A stretch of DNA of 64,000 nucleotides from NCBI GenBank assembly GCA_000004985.1, contig GG738869.1; one strand, 5' to 3'. Positions 43,295 through 53,982 of the stretch are shown piece by piece. Position numbers and translations under genes: made by a program. The DNA comes from Naegleria gruberi. Its lineage: Eukaryota. The notes under the pieces are model-generated. The model was given only the letters and a program-made list of their open reading frames with translations, was not told the origin of the DNA and did not search any database. How positions within the stretch are numbered: position 1 is the stretch's first letter; each line of letters opens with the position of its first letter.

Positions 43295-44602
43295 ATGCCA
43301 ATCAATGAAATACGTAAAAACGTCAAGGCCAATCAAGAGACTACTTTCACAACCAAGTCTTCATCTCTTGATTCGAATATGCCAACTAGGCGAAAGATTG
43401 TAAAGTATTTGAGACTAATCTTGTTGATAGGATTCATTATCAACTTTTTATCTTTCATTTCAATTGCTATTATTTCAATATTATCTTTTCAAAGTTCTAA
43501 TTTTTCATTATCAACTGCCATATACAAATATGGAAATGCATATTTGGGTTATGATGAAATGGAATTGGCAGAATTTTTAGTATTACTGACAAGAAAGGAG
43601 AAATTCATTCAAAGATATTATCATTCAAAGAATGAATTGAATAGTTCACTTTCGTATGCTTTTCAAATAATTTCGAATGAAAATTCTTCTTGGATTCCAA
43701 CTCACGAATGGTTCCAAATTGAAAATCACGTAATGGAACTAGTCAAGAGTGGAAACTATTCTCAAGCTTACTCAGTTTCAACTTCTCCAGAACACAAACT
43801 AGCAGATCTTCGATTTATCCAATTTTTAGATTCAGTTCTCGCTCAATTATTCCAAATCAGTGAAACAAAAGAAGCAGAATATATGAAATACACAACTATT
43901 GATCTGGTTGTGGTGATTCTCTGTTTAGGAATTGCCATTCCAATTGTTTTATTAATTTTCATTGGAGTTATTAAATTGGATCGAGATTCAAAGAAGAGAT
44001 TGGAGAAGGCAAGGGCAGTTTCGGTTATTCATTCGATTTCTGATCCGTTTCTGAGACCCAAGTTTAGAAAATGTGTTGAGAATGATGAGTTGGTGTGTTT
44101 TGAATTCTTGGAGAATGTTCAATTGTTTAAGGAGAAGAAGAGATCTATTCATTCGACTATTCAGTCGATTCTAGACGAAATGAAAAAAGAAATGATACCT
44201 AATGATGAAGAGGATGATGCTAGTTCATTGAATGGAATTAGCCCACTAACCCTTTCTCCTGATTTATTCTTACAAATCAAGTCAGAAGATGATCAAATTA
44301 AGGCAATTGACATTTACAATCGTTTTCTCAATCCTAAAGAAAATCAGAAACACATCAAATATAAGAATCATGAAAAGATTTTGGAGGAAATTAATCATCA
44401 GAGTAATCAAGACCTGTTGTCCACTGTATTCGATCAGGTACAAATTGAAATTGCTAAAAAGCTCATCAAATCTCATGAATTATTCTCCAAATCTCAATCT
44501 TTCTCCACTCAAGACATTGAAGACCAATTGCTTTCCTATAGATTTGAATATCTTTCAATATTCAAACCTGAAAAACGAAACAGTCTATTCACATCAAAGT
44601 AA
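43295..44602 (+). CDS. receptor-like RGS protein, type A (paralog of 22055..23647)
   Basis: 435 aa. The RGS core is ISDPFLRPKFRKCVENDELVCFEFLENVQLFKEKK...AIDIYNRFLN...FDQVQIEIAKKLI. It has two TM helices flanking an ectodomain with NxS/T sites. Confidence 0.7.
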   Translation: MPINEIRKNVKANQETTFTTKSSSLDSNMPTRRKIVKYLRLILLIGFIINFLSFISIAIISILSFQSSNFSLSTAIYKYGNAYLGYDEMELAEFLVLLTRKEKFIQRYYHSKNELNSSLSYAFQIISNENSSWIPTHEWFQIENHVMELVKSGNYSQAYSVSTSPEHKLADLRFIQFLDSVLAQLFQISETKEAEYMKYTTIDLVVVILCLGIAIPIVLLIFIGVIKLDRDSKKRLEKARAVSVIHSISDPFLRPKFRKCVENDELVCFEFLENVQLFKEKKRSIHSTIQSILDEMKKEMIPNDEEDDASSLNGISPLTLSPDLFLQIKSEDDQIKAIDIYNRFLNPKENQKHIKYKNHEKILEEINHQSNQDLLSTVFDQVQIEIAKKLIKSHELFSKSQSFSTQDIEDQLLSYRFEYLSIFKPEKRNSLFTSK

Positions 44603-44705
44603 AATCTACACAGAATTAATTTATTCTAAACTCCTCACAAATGCCTGAAGAACATCTGAAATTTAACATGATTACGTTACTAAATTGATTATTACTTATA
44701 TAGAT

Positions 44706-46118
44706 CTAATTACCAGTTGGTTGAGGTTCAAAAGGTAATTGACTCAATCTGTCCTTTAATTCCTCATTCTTCAAATTTGAGTATTTTGTGTTTGATCTTT
44801 TTCTTTTGATTAAGACTGCCAACACTACAATTCCAATTAACAATGCCACACAACCAACGATAGCAAGAATTGATGAAATGATGATAATCAATGTTGTGGT
44901 TGACATTGGTGAAGAATTGTTTTGATTTCCGTTAGTATTGCTGTTCATGATATATGATTTTTGAGGAGTAGGTCCAACATTCACACATTCTGTGAAATAT
45001 TTGTTATTTGTTTGACCTTGAGGACATGGTTGACAAGATGCTCCATTAATTATATAGTTATCATCGCAATATGGAGAGAGTACATTAATAACAGAGTTCT
45101 TATTCGAAACATATATTACTCCAAGATAACACTTCAAGTATGCTTCATTTTCATAGGTGTAAATGGTGTCAATGATACCATTAGTTACCTTTCTAATTCT
45201 CTTATTGAGAGAATCGTTGAAAATAATTGAACCTTGTGAAGCACATATTTGAGATGGATTATGAATTCTTGCTAATTTAGCTGAACCCTTATCACCGGTA
45301 AAACAATCAGAACATGGATCAAGATCAGGAAATGGTCTTCTATATTGTACACCGACTGGAGTTGAGAGAATGTTGTTTTTCATGTCCACCTTTCGGATAA
45401 GATTATTTCTCGTATCTGAAATGAAAATGTTACCCTCCTCATCCATTGCAATACCAGTAGGGTAGTACAATGGAATTGACCGAGGAGGACCATCAGTACC
45501 AATGAAATTATCTGTTCTTGGTATCACGCCTGCAATTGTTGAAATAGTTGTATGAATCGTCACCCTTCTGATAACATAATCAAATGACTGAGCAACGTAC
45601 AGATACGTTCCTGTGGGATCAATAATCAATCCAGATGGGGTGTTAATGTAAACATCTGTTGCAAACCCTCCCTCACCCAAGTTTGGATCGGAAGTTGTTG
45701 CTGCCTTTCCTGCAGTAATTACTATTCGATTTGAATTGAGATATAAAGATCTAACTAAATTATACTTTTCGTCTGTAAAATGAATGGTATCACCGTGGTA
45801 AACCATTTCTTTCACAGATGGCAAGTATGCAGCATTGGCTTGTTCATAAGATGATGACGGAAAGTAATTTTGTGGTGGTTGACCTGTCTGACCAGCTACA
45901 ACATTCAATTGACCATTAGAATACTTATTAATAGTGGCTCCATTGAAATAGAAAAACTCAGCCTTGGATTTGAATGTGAATGCTTGTGCTTTGATGTTAT
46001 CAACAAACTTGTCTGCTTTGAATTTGATTGGAATTTGGGAGTTAACATGTAACCACATGTGTTGATGGACACACAAAAACACCAACACTGTAACTTGAAG
46101 AAGAACAGGCAATTGCAT
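44706..46118 (-). CDS. type-I membrane protein with NHL (six-bladed beta-propeller) repeats
   Basis: The signal peptide is MQLPVLLQVTVLVFLCV. The repeated blades include GIAMDEEGNIFISDTRNNLIRKV. The C-terminal TM helix is LIIIISSILAIVGCVALLIGIVVLAVLI, followed by a short basic tail. Confidence 0.6.
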   Translation of the reverse strand: MQLPVLLQVTVLVFLCVHQHMWLHVNSQIPIKFKADKFVDNIKAQAFTFKSKAEFFYFNGATINKYSNGQLNVVAGQTGQPPQNYFPSSSYEQANAAYLPSVKEMVYHGDTIHFTDEKYNLVRSLYLNSNRIVITAGKAATTSDPNLGEGGFATDVYINTPSGLIIDPTGTYLYVAQSFDYVIRRVTIHTTISTIAGVIPRTDNFIGTDGPPRSIPLYYPTGIAMDEEGNIFISDTRNNLIRKVDMKNNILSTPVGVQYRRPFPDLDPCSDCFTGDKGSAKLARIHNPSQICASQGSIIFNDSLNKRIRKVTNGIIDTIYTYENEAYLKCYLGVIYVSNKNSVINVLSPYCDDNYIINGASCQPCPQGQTNNKYFTECVNVGPTPQKSYIMNSNTNGNQNNSSPMSTTTLIIIISSILAIVGCVALLIGIVVLAVLIKRKRSNTKYSNLKNEELKDRLSQLPFEPQPTGN

Positions 46119-46739
46119 AGGAGGTTTTTTTAATGTTGAATATTTTGTAAATTCGATATTGACAAAAGATGTCAGTCACCTGAAAGAGATGATATTGACA
46201 CCTTTACATAAATATATTAGGCACTTCTAAAAGCCCATTTAACAATCAATTTTGTAATGAACTCCTCAATTTCTTGACCTTTTGATTTCCTTTTCTTCAG
46301 AACCAATTTGACATGTGAATTAGCAGATGCAGCTCCCCATTCGGATGCTGTTGCAATTAATAATGAATTTTGGAAAGTAAACGAAAGATAGGGTAGATAA
46401 TTATCAAGAGAAAGCATTTAGCACAATGAAAATTTTCTTCAAGGTATTGGAAGTACTGGATGGCGGAGAATAATAAGCATAGTTTCCAACACATAACACC
46501 ATCAATACGCCTCTTCAATCTCCTTGATGATATTAGGAACCTGAGGCAAGTTTTCATTTCAATCCTTTATTGTTGTTTCGTTTATTTTAAAAACTAAGGA
46601 AAAAAATCTCAATCCCACCATGCAAGTCGACAACGTTCTTCCGAACAAGATTATAAGAAACGTAAATGTACGTTAACTTGACACAAATTGTTCATTTATC
46701 TAATTAATTTTTATATAGAGAGTATTTCATTAATCATAC

Positions 46740-47040
46740 AGAAGTTGTTGAAATGATGAGAAATGTTGGTCTTGATGAGAATACTATTAAAGGTTTGGAC
46801 CAAATTCACAGGTGCTAGATGTTTCACCGTATCAATCCTTAAAGAAATCAGCAAAAGAGACCACGAGGAAGGATGGTGGAAAGAAGCACTGGATGAAATT
46901 CTTCCTTGCTGTAACAATAATAGGAAGGCTGTAGAGGAAATTATTTGGTTATTGATAAGATGATATGTGCCAAGAGAAAAAGATTTGGAGTGGGTTGAAG
47001 CTAAACTCTCTAAGGTTGATAGGAATGGTTTGTAGTAATT
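46740..47040 (+). pseudogene. degenerate 5' fragment of the P-loop ATPase family gene (copy of the 5' end of 6871..9505), with in-frame stops
   Basis: The nucleotide and protein similarity to 9090..9330 (minus) is about 85-90% (VVEMMRNVGLDENTIK / EEGWWKEALDEILPCCNNN...). It is interrupted by TAG/TGA codons and lies in the opposite orientation to the parent. Confidence 0.55.
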
Positions 47041-47521
47041 CCACATGTTGACCATTGTAGTAATTTCCTCATAATTATTTCTCACTACCAAGAAAGTAGA
47101 CTCCCCATTCATCAGATGATTGTGCAAATATTTCAAGATTACACCTACCAACAGTTCAATTACTGCTAACATTAGAAATCTCTGATGGAGTGCTGATATA
47201 GACTGTTCGATTTCATGTGAGCTTTGAGTTGTTTGCAAACAACCTGCAATATTCCAATCAAAATTTTTGAAAAGAGAGCTATGGTCAATTTGTAACAATA
47301 ATTATCCATCTAATAAGAGCTATGGATAATTTGTATTTCGAAATATCTGCTACTATTTTCCAATTTAAAATTCTGCAAAGGAAAAAGTAAATATTCGGCA
47401 CTAACCAAACTTGGTATTACTAAAATGGAATCATTTCAAATTCGTCCAATATTTCATATAATTCAACAACTCAATAAATACTCAGCACTCCAAACATTCA
47501 AAGTTTTTCATATAAAAAAAG

Positions 47522-48817
47522 TTGAAAATGTCATCTCAAATCCAAAAAAACCTACAAGAAGAATGTCCAAACAAACCAATCAATGCTGCTACTGCTACCT
47601 CTGAGGAGGAGGGCACAGTTTTGAGATTTTATCCTCAGGATATTACCGTTACTCGAAACCAACCTCTCCTCGAAATGATAGAGAAATGTTACGTCCCCCA
47701 AGTCTTTAAAGATGGTCCTCAAGATGCTGAGATGAGTATTGTTGGTGGAAAGATTAAAATGTCTCAGATTGACAAGTTGATTCCACGTACTCCAGGATTT
47801 GATAAGTTACATACCTTCACAGCTGCCAAGTTGACTGCAAATATGTGGCGAGACACTGTTAAGGTGTTGAGAAAAACATTCCCTGACGATAAAAAGTTGA
47901 GTAAGGCAGCTGAATACTGGGATAAGATGCCAAGTGGAACTCTCCAAATTAGTCCATATGGTTTGGAAGACGAAAAGAATGCCTACTATTCACGTGGTAA
48001 TGGTAGTATTGAACTAAAGTTTGGTTATTTCACTGATGACAAAGGAGATACAATTTACACATGTCAATCATCTGACATTGTTGCTCATGAAACTGGACAT
48101 TATGTACTGGATCATTTGCGTCCAGAATTCAATGATTCTAGAAATGTGCAAACTGGTGGCCTTCACGAAGCATTTGGTGATATTTCTGCCTTAAGTTTCG
48201 TATTTGCTGATGATGCCATGGCTAGAGCATTAATTAATTTAACATTTGGTAACCTTCATGCTTCAGCAAACAACTTCGCTGCTAACTTGGCTGAGGAATT
48301 TGGTATTTCATTGGGAATGCCTGGTTATCTCCGTAGTGCTGATGATGATTACAAACTTTCTCAGGGTGAGGAAGAGGTCCACTTCGTATCAGAGGTGTTT
48401 ACTGGCGCTTATTATGATGCCCTTGCAAGTGCTTTTAAGGCAGCTACTCAAGAATTCACTGAATATAATTCAGTCACTTTGTTGCAGGCAGTGAGTGAAT
48501 ATGCTCGTAACCTCCTACTGCATGCCATTGTAACTGTTGGAGGAAAATCACCAGATTTTGTTGATATTGCCAATCGATTGTATGAGATTATTGACCTCCA
48601 TAGTCAGAATGCACCTGCAAAAGTAGCTTATTTGCAAAAGTTAAAGTGGAAAACTTACTTTGAAACTGAGTTTGAGCGTCGTGAGGTCAGTAAACCTGTT
48701 AATCAATTACGCTATGCTGCAAAAAAGAGGGATATGGTAGCTGAACAAGTAAGACAAGTAAGACCAGAGAAGGAAATCTTAACAATGGTTTGTGGTGCAC
48801 ACACTCTTCAAAATTAA
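47522..48817 (+). CDS. thermolysin-like (gluzincin, M4-like) zinc metallopeptidase, intronless, no signal peptide
   Basis: 431-aa ORF with aaaaaaaGTTGAAAATG. The signature is HETGHYVLDH (HExxH) followed 20 aa later by GGLHEAFGDISA (the GGxNEAFSD third-ligand motif of M4). Confidence 0.55.
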   Translation: MKMSSQIQKNLQEECPNKPINAATATSEEEGTVLRFYPQDITVTRNQPLLEMIEKCYVPQVFKDGPQDAEMSIVGGKIKMSQIDKLIPRTPGFDKLHTFTAAKLTANMWRDTVKVLRKTFPDDKKLSKAAEYWDKMPSGTLQISPYGLEDEKNAYYSRGNGSIELKFGYFTDDKGDTIYTCQSSDIVAHETGHYVLDHLRPEFNDSRNVQTGGLHEAFGDISALSFVFADDAMARALINLTFGNLHASANNFAANLAEEFGISLGMPGYLRSADDDYKLSQGEEEVHFVSEVFTGAYYDALASAFKAATQEFTEYNSVTLLQAVSEYARNLLLHAIVTVGGKSPDFVDIANRLYEIIDLHSQNAPAKVAYLQKLKWKTYFETEFERREVSKPVNQLRYAAKKRDMVAEQVRQVRPEKEILTMVCGAHTLQN

Positions 48818-49393
48818 TTATGTATATATATAAACAGCAATTAGTGAGTATTATTGGATGTGCACTTCTAAGATATTCTTCACATCACATTCTCTAATAG
48901 CTGATTGAATATGGCAAAATCCTCCACATCGATCTCTATTGATTAAAACTTTCATCGTCCCATGAGGTGCATATTCTGGATCAAAATCAAAGGCAATTTA
49001 AAATTGGACATTTGTGGCCATTTTCAAATTCACACTAATCAACATATTTCAATGCTTCATTGATTGTAATGAATTCCTAATAAACACCATGAACTGTCCA
49101 CTGTAACTTATATTCATAAAATGGCGCATTTTCAAACAGAGAGATTTCAGTAAACTATTTAAATTTATGCCAGGTTTTGAGATAATGGTGGGCTTAGAAT
49201 TTAACGAAAATGGTGTGCCTTCTTGTTTGCCCTCTTCGATGTGTTTTAAGCTATGGGAGTACACTTCAATTTCCTTTTTGCTTAAAATTTTTATCTCAAA
49301 ACGCGGCATTAATGGGAACAGGTGGAAATAATGAAATGGGATGAATCAGGAATGGTAGAATTAGTGGTTGACTAAATTAGAGAGGGAAATTCT

Positions 49394-49860
49394 TTGGGTT
49401 TATCTAGTAATTTCCTTAATATGTTCAATGCTATGTTTTACATTTACTTGGACTATTGTTTGAGAAAACAGTGGATTACAGCTTCTGAAGTCAAAACTGG
49501 AGAGGAGTTTTATTTCGAATATGATATTCACAATTATGAGCATATCAACAATTTTCCATCTGCTAGTACTGCACATGATACTTGCATTGACTGACAAAGA
49601 TGGTGAAATTGTTTTTATTAGGTTTTGTTTGAAATGTTTAACCGGAGAAGAAAAGCAGATGAATATGTTGATGAGAACCATATGAAGAAAATTGATAATT
49701 TCCAAAAATTGTTGGATACTTTGCATTGGTGGGGAAAGTAAAGAGCTGATTTTCTGAAATTATACCTAAACAGGACACTTTCAGTCATTCTCCACCCAGA
49801 GCTTGAATCTAGAAAAGATAGAACTAATAAAAAAGAAGAAATAGTTGAAATTTTCAATTT
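49394..49860 (+). pseudogene. degenerate 3' fragment of the P-loop ATPase family gene (copy of the 3' part of 6871..7737)
   Basis: 49394..49594 is similar to ...DYCLKQQWITASEDKTGEELYLEYAVHNCERIN...ASTAHD. 49618..49857 (antisense) matches the 6845..7051 antisense ORF nearly word for word (SGWRMTESVLFR.NFRKSALY.PHQCK.SNNFWKLSIFFIWFSSTYS). Confidence 0.5.
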
Positions 49861-49917
49861 ACTTACAATGGAAGTTCAGTGTTCAAAGAAATTAAAAAGA
49901 ACAATCTTAAAAAAAAA

Positions 49918-51213
49918 ATGGGCAATCAATACTCACTTCCACCACACACAAAAGAAGATTTGAAACAAATCCCCAAGAACGATTTGCTCAAATTAAAATT
50001 CGATATGACAATTAAACAGAAATTGGCCGAGTCCATGATCGGATCAAACTCTTCATCATCGTCGTCGGTTGTCAATTTAATTTTCGATACGGATATTGGA
50101 AGTGATATTGATGATGCGTTGGCTTTGGTTTCAGTGTTGAATTTACCGAGAGAAGCCGTGAATGTGTTGGGTGTGACAACTGTCTATGGTTATGTTGAAG
50201 TGAGAAGTCAGGTAGCTTCGAGGATTGTTCAAGCATATGCAGAGGATGAATTTGCATCGAGTGGAAGAGTGGTGGATATTCCTGTATTGACTGGATCTCA
50301 CTATTCAATTGATGATCCAATTGTTTTGGATCCATGTTGGCATGCAAATACGGAAGGAATTGGTTTATTCAAAGATGAGGAAATTGAAAAGATGAAACAA
50401 TATCAAAATTGTTATTTGGATAGAAATGAATTAATGAAACAACACTCAAAGAAGGCAGCTGAATTTATTGTACAAAAAGCTAAGGAATTGAATGGAAATT
50501 TGGTGATTGTATCATTGGGTGGATTGACCAATGTTGCAATGGCCTATCAAATGGATAACAATTTGACAAAATTAGTGAAACGAGTTGTTTTTATGGGAGG
50601 TGGAGTAGTTCCAGTTGGAGGTACCATTCCAGATAATTTTGAAAGAGGCGTCGAATATCATTGCCACTCAAATCACAATATTAGACAAGATCAATTTGCT
50701 GCCAATGTAGTTTTTTCAGCTGGATTTGACGTTTATTGTGTTGGACATACTGTTACTCATTCAGTTTGGTTTGAAGGAAAAACAGTTGACTTTTTGAGAA
50801 CACTCTCATTTCACAAAGGACAAAATCCATACGAAAATGATAATATTATAGAATCTTATGATCCACAATATCCTAAAATGGCTCATATTCTTGGTACATT
50901 ATTGGATGTGTGGCTCAAACATCGAAGCGTTGTTTTTAGTAAGACAATCAAGGGAACTTGTCCACATGATGCCTTAACAACCTATGAAGCAATTTTCAAT
51001 CAACAATTTATCAAATACGTACGAGGACACTTTATTGTAAATGAAACTGATGGCAAAGTTTGTTTCATCTATGATCCAGATTATGGTAAGGTCAATGTGG
51101 CCATTGGTTTTCAAAACGATCAAATGCCAGCTCAAATGCTCTCCCTCCTTTCTGAATCTCTATTGAAAGCTATTCCAAAAGATGATTTACATCTCTATGG
51201 ACTCCATTTGTAA
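49918..51213 (+). CDS. inosine-uridine-preferring nucleoside hydrolase (IUNH family) with N-terminal MGxxxS myristoylation-like signal
   Basis: The Asp-cluster motif is NLIFDTDIGSDIDDALAL. The ORF begins at 49879, but ATG 49918 follows aaaaaaaaa and gives MGNQYS. Confidence 0.7.
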   Translation: MGNQYSLPPHTKEDLKQIPKNDLLKLKFDMTIKQKLAESMIGSNSSSSSSVVNLIFDTDIGSDIDDALALVSVLNLPREAVNVLGVTTVYGYVEVRSQVASRIVQAYAEDEFASSGRVVDIPVLTGSHYSIDDPIVLDPCWHANTEGIGLFKDEEIEKMKQYQNCYLDRNELMKQHSKKAAEFIVQKAKELNGNLVIVSLGGLTNVAMAYQMDNNLTKLVKRVVFMGGGVVPVGGTIPDNFERGVEYHCHSNHNIRQDQFAANVVFSAGFDVYCVGHTVTHSVWFEGKTVDFLRTLSFHKGQNPYENDNIIESYDPQYPKMAHILGTLLDVWLKHRSVVFSKTIKGTCPHDALTTYEAIFNQQFIKYVRGHFIVNETDGKVCFIYDPDYGKVNVAIGFQNDQMPAQMLSLLSESLLKAIPKDDLHLYGLHL

Positions 51214-51508
51214 ATTCATTGAAGTGACCCCATCCAGAGAGAAGGAACATTTATGAAAAAAGAGATGGAAATTGTTGAATAATCTTGTGAATTTAATTTG
51301 TTAATAATTGAATATTTTTTTCATTCAATTAACTGGTTTATCTAGCAATAGCTCATTACCAATTTAATCCAATAATATCATCTCTTAATGTTTTTTGAAA
51401 ATTCAAACCTTCTTCTTGGAAGAGAATCCTGTAAATTGAGCTTTGCATCATAAATAACAAAGGTCCATTGTGTAAAGCGTTATTTTCCTCTTTAGAACTC
51501 TAAAAAAA

Positions 51509-53791
51509 ATGCATCAGCAAGTTGGAATAGCAAGTAGCTACCAAACGTCATCCTCATCGACGCCCAGCATTTTGCTAAATACTACTTCATCTTCGGCATC
51601 TTTGAATCATCATCAGCAGCAGCAGCAACAGTATCATTCTCAAGGTGGGGGATATCAACAACAAATCAATATGATGAATAATTATAGTAATAATAATAGT
51701 ACATCATTGGGAACCAATAATAATAATAATTTGGATACTATGAGTGGTGTTAGTTATGAAAGGCTTGGAGGAACGGAGAATAATCCGTATCCTTCGTTTC
51801 CTCTTAATTTGAGAAGAAATCAGAATAATCAAGTAATTGCTCCTTCACCCTCATCTACAACAACAATTAATTCAATCAATAATAATAATAGTAATAATAA
51901 TAATAATAATAATACTAACAAAACAGGATGTTGTGGTGGATCGAATAAGAATAATCAACAAGCAAACACCACCAGTAATAATAACGTTTCTCCCAATAAT
52001 CCACCTCAAGGAATGCACTATTGTGCTTGTAAAAACTCATATCAACCTGGAGCCTCTGATTGTGAGTTCCAACAATTCATTACCAAATTTGCCAACGTTC
52101 CGAATACTACTCCATCACCCAACTCTGGATCGACTTCACCTCCTTCTAGTGTCACACCAGAGGATAACTTATCAATGCACACTTCAACTGTTGAGAAAGC
52201 TCTTCCGAAAGCCAATACATCCTGTTTATTGTGTAAATTAAGACATAGAAAGTGTGACTATAGTCATCCTTCCTGCACACATTGTATGAAAGAAAATAGA
52301 CAGTTTTGTCTCTACATTAGTAATGTAAAGAGAGGACCAAAAAAGCAAAAGGATGATGTGGATAGTATGGACCTGGATACAATCACCAAAGATAATATCG
52401 ACACTATTTACAAGACTATATATCAAAATATTTCTAATATCAAAGCTGATAATGAAGTGGTATCAAAGTTGTCATTCCAATTATTCAGTAAAATTGTTGA
52501 CAAGCTTCTTCCACGTTCGGCAAAAGAAGATATCTATGAATTAATGAGGGTAGCCTTACATCCAACGAATGAGGTTTTTTCTGGTGATATGGATCATTTC
52601 TACAAGTATTTTTACAAGATTGGAGAAAAGGAAATTGCTCTCGTTTCTATTTTGCAAGCCATAGCCCTTCAAAGATTAAATTACAAACAACTGGCAGCTA
52701 GACTCTATGAGAAGGCAAGATCAAAGATGTCTGTCATATTTGATCATGTATCGGATTTTAAACTCATTGCTGTTTATGTATTTGTGGCAATCTACTTGTT
52801 GGGAGATGGTGACAGACCAAGAGCTGAATACTTTCTCAATCATGTTAAATTCTATGTTAAAGAATTTCAACCAACAATGCACGAAGCACAATTTCTACTC
52901 AGAACTGTACTTTTATCAGAATCAATTTTGCAAGATAACTACGACCAACTTCTCAAACACTACGAAAATATTCTCCTCTTCTTTACACCTCAACAACACG
53001 ATCCTGAAAATTTACCTCAATCTGCCATCAATAGTATTTCCAGTTATATTGTAAATTCAAATGAGAAAATGTTCAAACCTGGAAGATGTAGAATTGGAGA
53101 TGCTGATTCTAATGGAGAATTGAAAAGGCAACTGATTCATTTGAGAGAAATTATTGATAAGAGTAATCAGGAATATCCAATTGGTTATCAACATTTATTG
53201 GACTCACTACTTAATTCTAATGATGATATTAACAATTTGTGTATTAATTTCAAACCTGAGAGCTCTGAACCTTTAGAACAGAAAATTGAACAAATTAATA
53301 TGGCCATCGAGAATATAAGAAAACAATACGGAAGCTGGGATTTTCTTGGAAACACTTTCATATCCATGCTATACAGCATTGTAATTTTACACAAGCACAA
53401 ATCATTCAACACTGATGAAATTTCAGTGGATGCTGTCAAATGTGCTGACATGATTACCAAATCAACAGAGTACGATGATTTTTCACTTTCTTCATTCCCT
53501 GCCTCCATTCCTCTCTCAATTGCCTGTAAAATTCACATGAGCTCTATGAGAAATATCCTTCGATCATCCACCCTCATCATTCACGAATACTCAGAACAAT
53601 TGAGAAACTATTTACAAAATGATTGTGATGCTCTCCAAATGCTCACTGCTAAATTCCCCCTTGTTGAGAAGAGATTCTCAACCTTGGTAAAAGATGCTCA
53701 ACAAGCATTAGGAAAATATGCAGAAATGAGAATGACTCAACCTCAAAGATTTGTTTCCCTTGACTCTATTTCCAAACATTTCCACATGTAA
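51509..53791 (+). CDS. Zn(II)2Cys6 binuclear-cluster (fungal-type) transcription factor with poly-N/poly-Q N-terminal region
   Basis: The zinc cluster is CLLCKLRHRKCDYSHPSCTHCMKENRQFC (CX2CX6CX6CX2CX7C). It has poly-N encoded by (AAT)n at about 51880..51920. 760 aa, aaaaaaaATG. Confidence 0.65.
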   Translation: MHQQVGIASSYQTSSSSTPSILLNTTSSSASLNHHQQQQQQYHSQGGGYQQQINMMNNYSNNNSTSLGTNNNNNLDTMSGVSYERLGGTENNPYPSFPLNLRRNQNNQVIAPSPSSTTTINSINNNNSNNNNNNNTNKTGCCGGSNKNNQQANTTSNNNVSPNNPPQGMHYCACKNSYQPGASDCEFQQFITKFANVPNTTPSPNSGSTSPPSSVTPEDNLSMHTSTVEKALPKANTSCLLCKLRHRKCDYSHPSCTHCMKENRQFCLYISNVKRGPKKQKDDVDSMDLDTITKDNIDTIYKTIYQNISNIKADNEVVSKLSFQLFSKIVDKLLPRSAKEDIYELMRVALHPTNEVFSGDMDHFYKYFYKIGEKEIALVSILQAIALQRLNYKQLAARLYEKARSKMSVIFDHVSDFKLIAVYVFVAIYLLGDGDRPRAEYFLNHVKFYVKEFQPTMHEAQFLLRTVLLSESILQDNYDQLLKHYENILLFFTPQQHDPENLPQSAINSISSYIVNSNEKMFKPGRCRIGDADSNGELKRQLIHLREIIDKSNQEYPIGYQHLLDSLLNSNDDINNLCINFKPESSEPLEQKIEQINMAIENIRKQYGSWDFLGNTFISMLYSIVILHKHKSFNTDEISVDAVKCADMITKSTEYDDFSLSSFPASIPLSIACKIHMSSMRNILRSSTLIIHEYSEQLRNYLQNDCDALQMLTAKFPLVEKRFSTLVKDAQQALGKYAEMRMTQPQRFVSLDSISKHFHM

Positions 53792-53982
53792 ATTTCCTTT
53801 GAGTCATATTCTCATAAATGCTCGGAAAGATCTAACGAATAAAACTTTCAGTTACATTGTACTGGATATTCCCGCTCAAAACTACAGTTTTTATTTTTGA
53901 AAAAAACAATTTAAAAAAAGAGTTACCGCTCTCTTCTTCATCAGCTATTCTTCTCTTCTTGAGTACTAGTAAAAGCAGCAGA

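Noticed and set aside
47270-47345. Short imperfect tandem duplication (agagctatggtcaatttgtaacaataattatccatctaataag / agagctatggataatttgtatttcg)
   Set aside because: It is only two partial units in a decayed pseudogene region. It is too short and degenerate to call a repeat family.
49049-49309. 86-aa minus-strand ORF between the metallopeptidase and the 3' pseudogene fragment
   Set aside because: It has no start-context A-tract and no domain, and it lies in a region of evident sequence decay. It is likely spurious.
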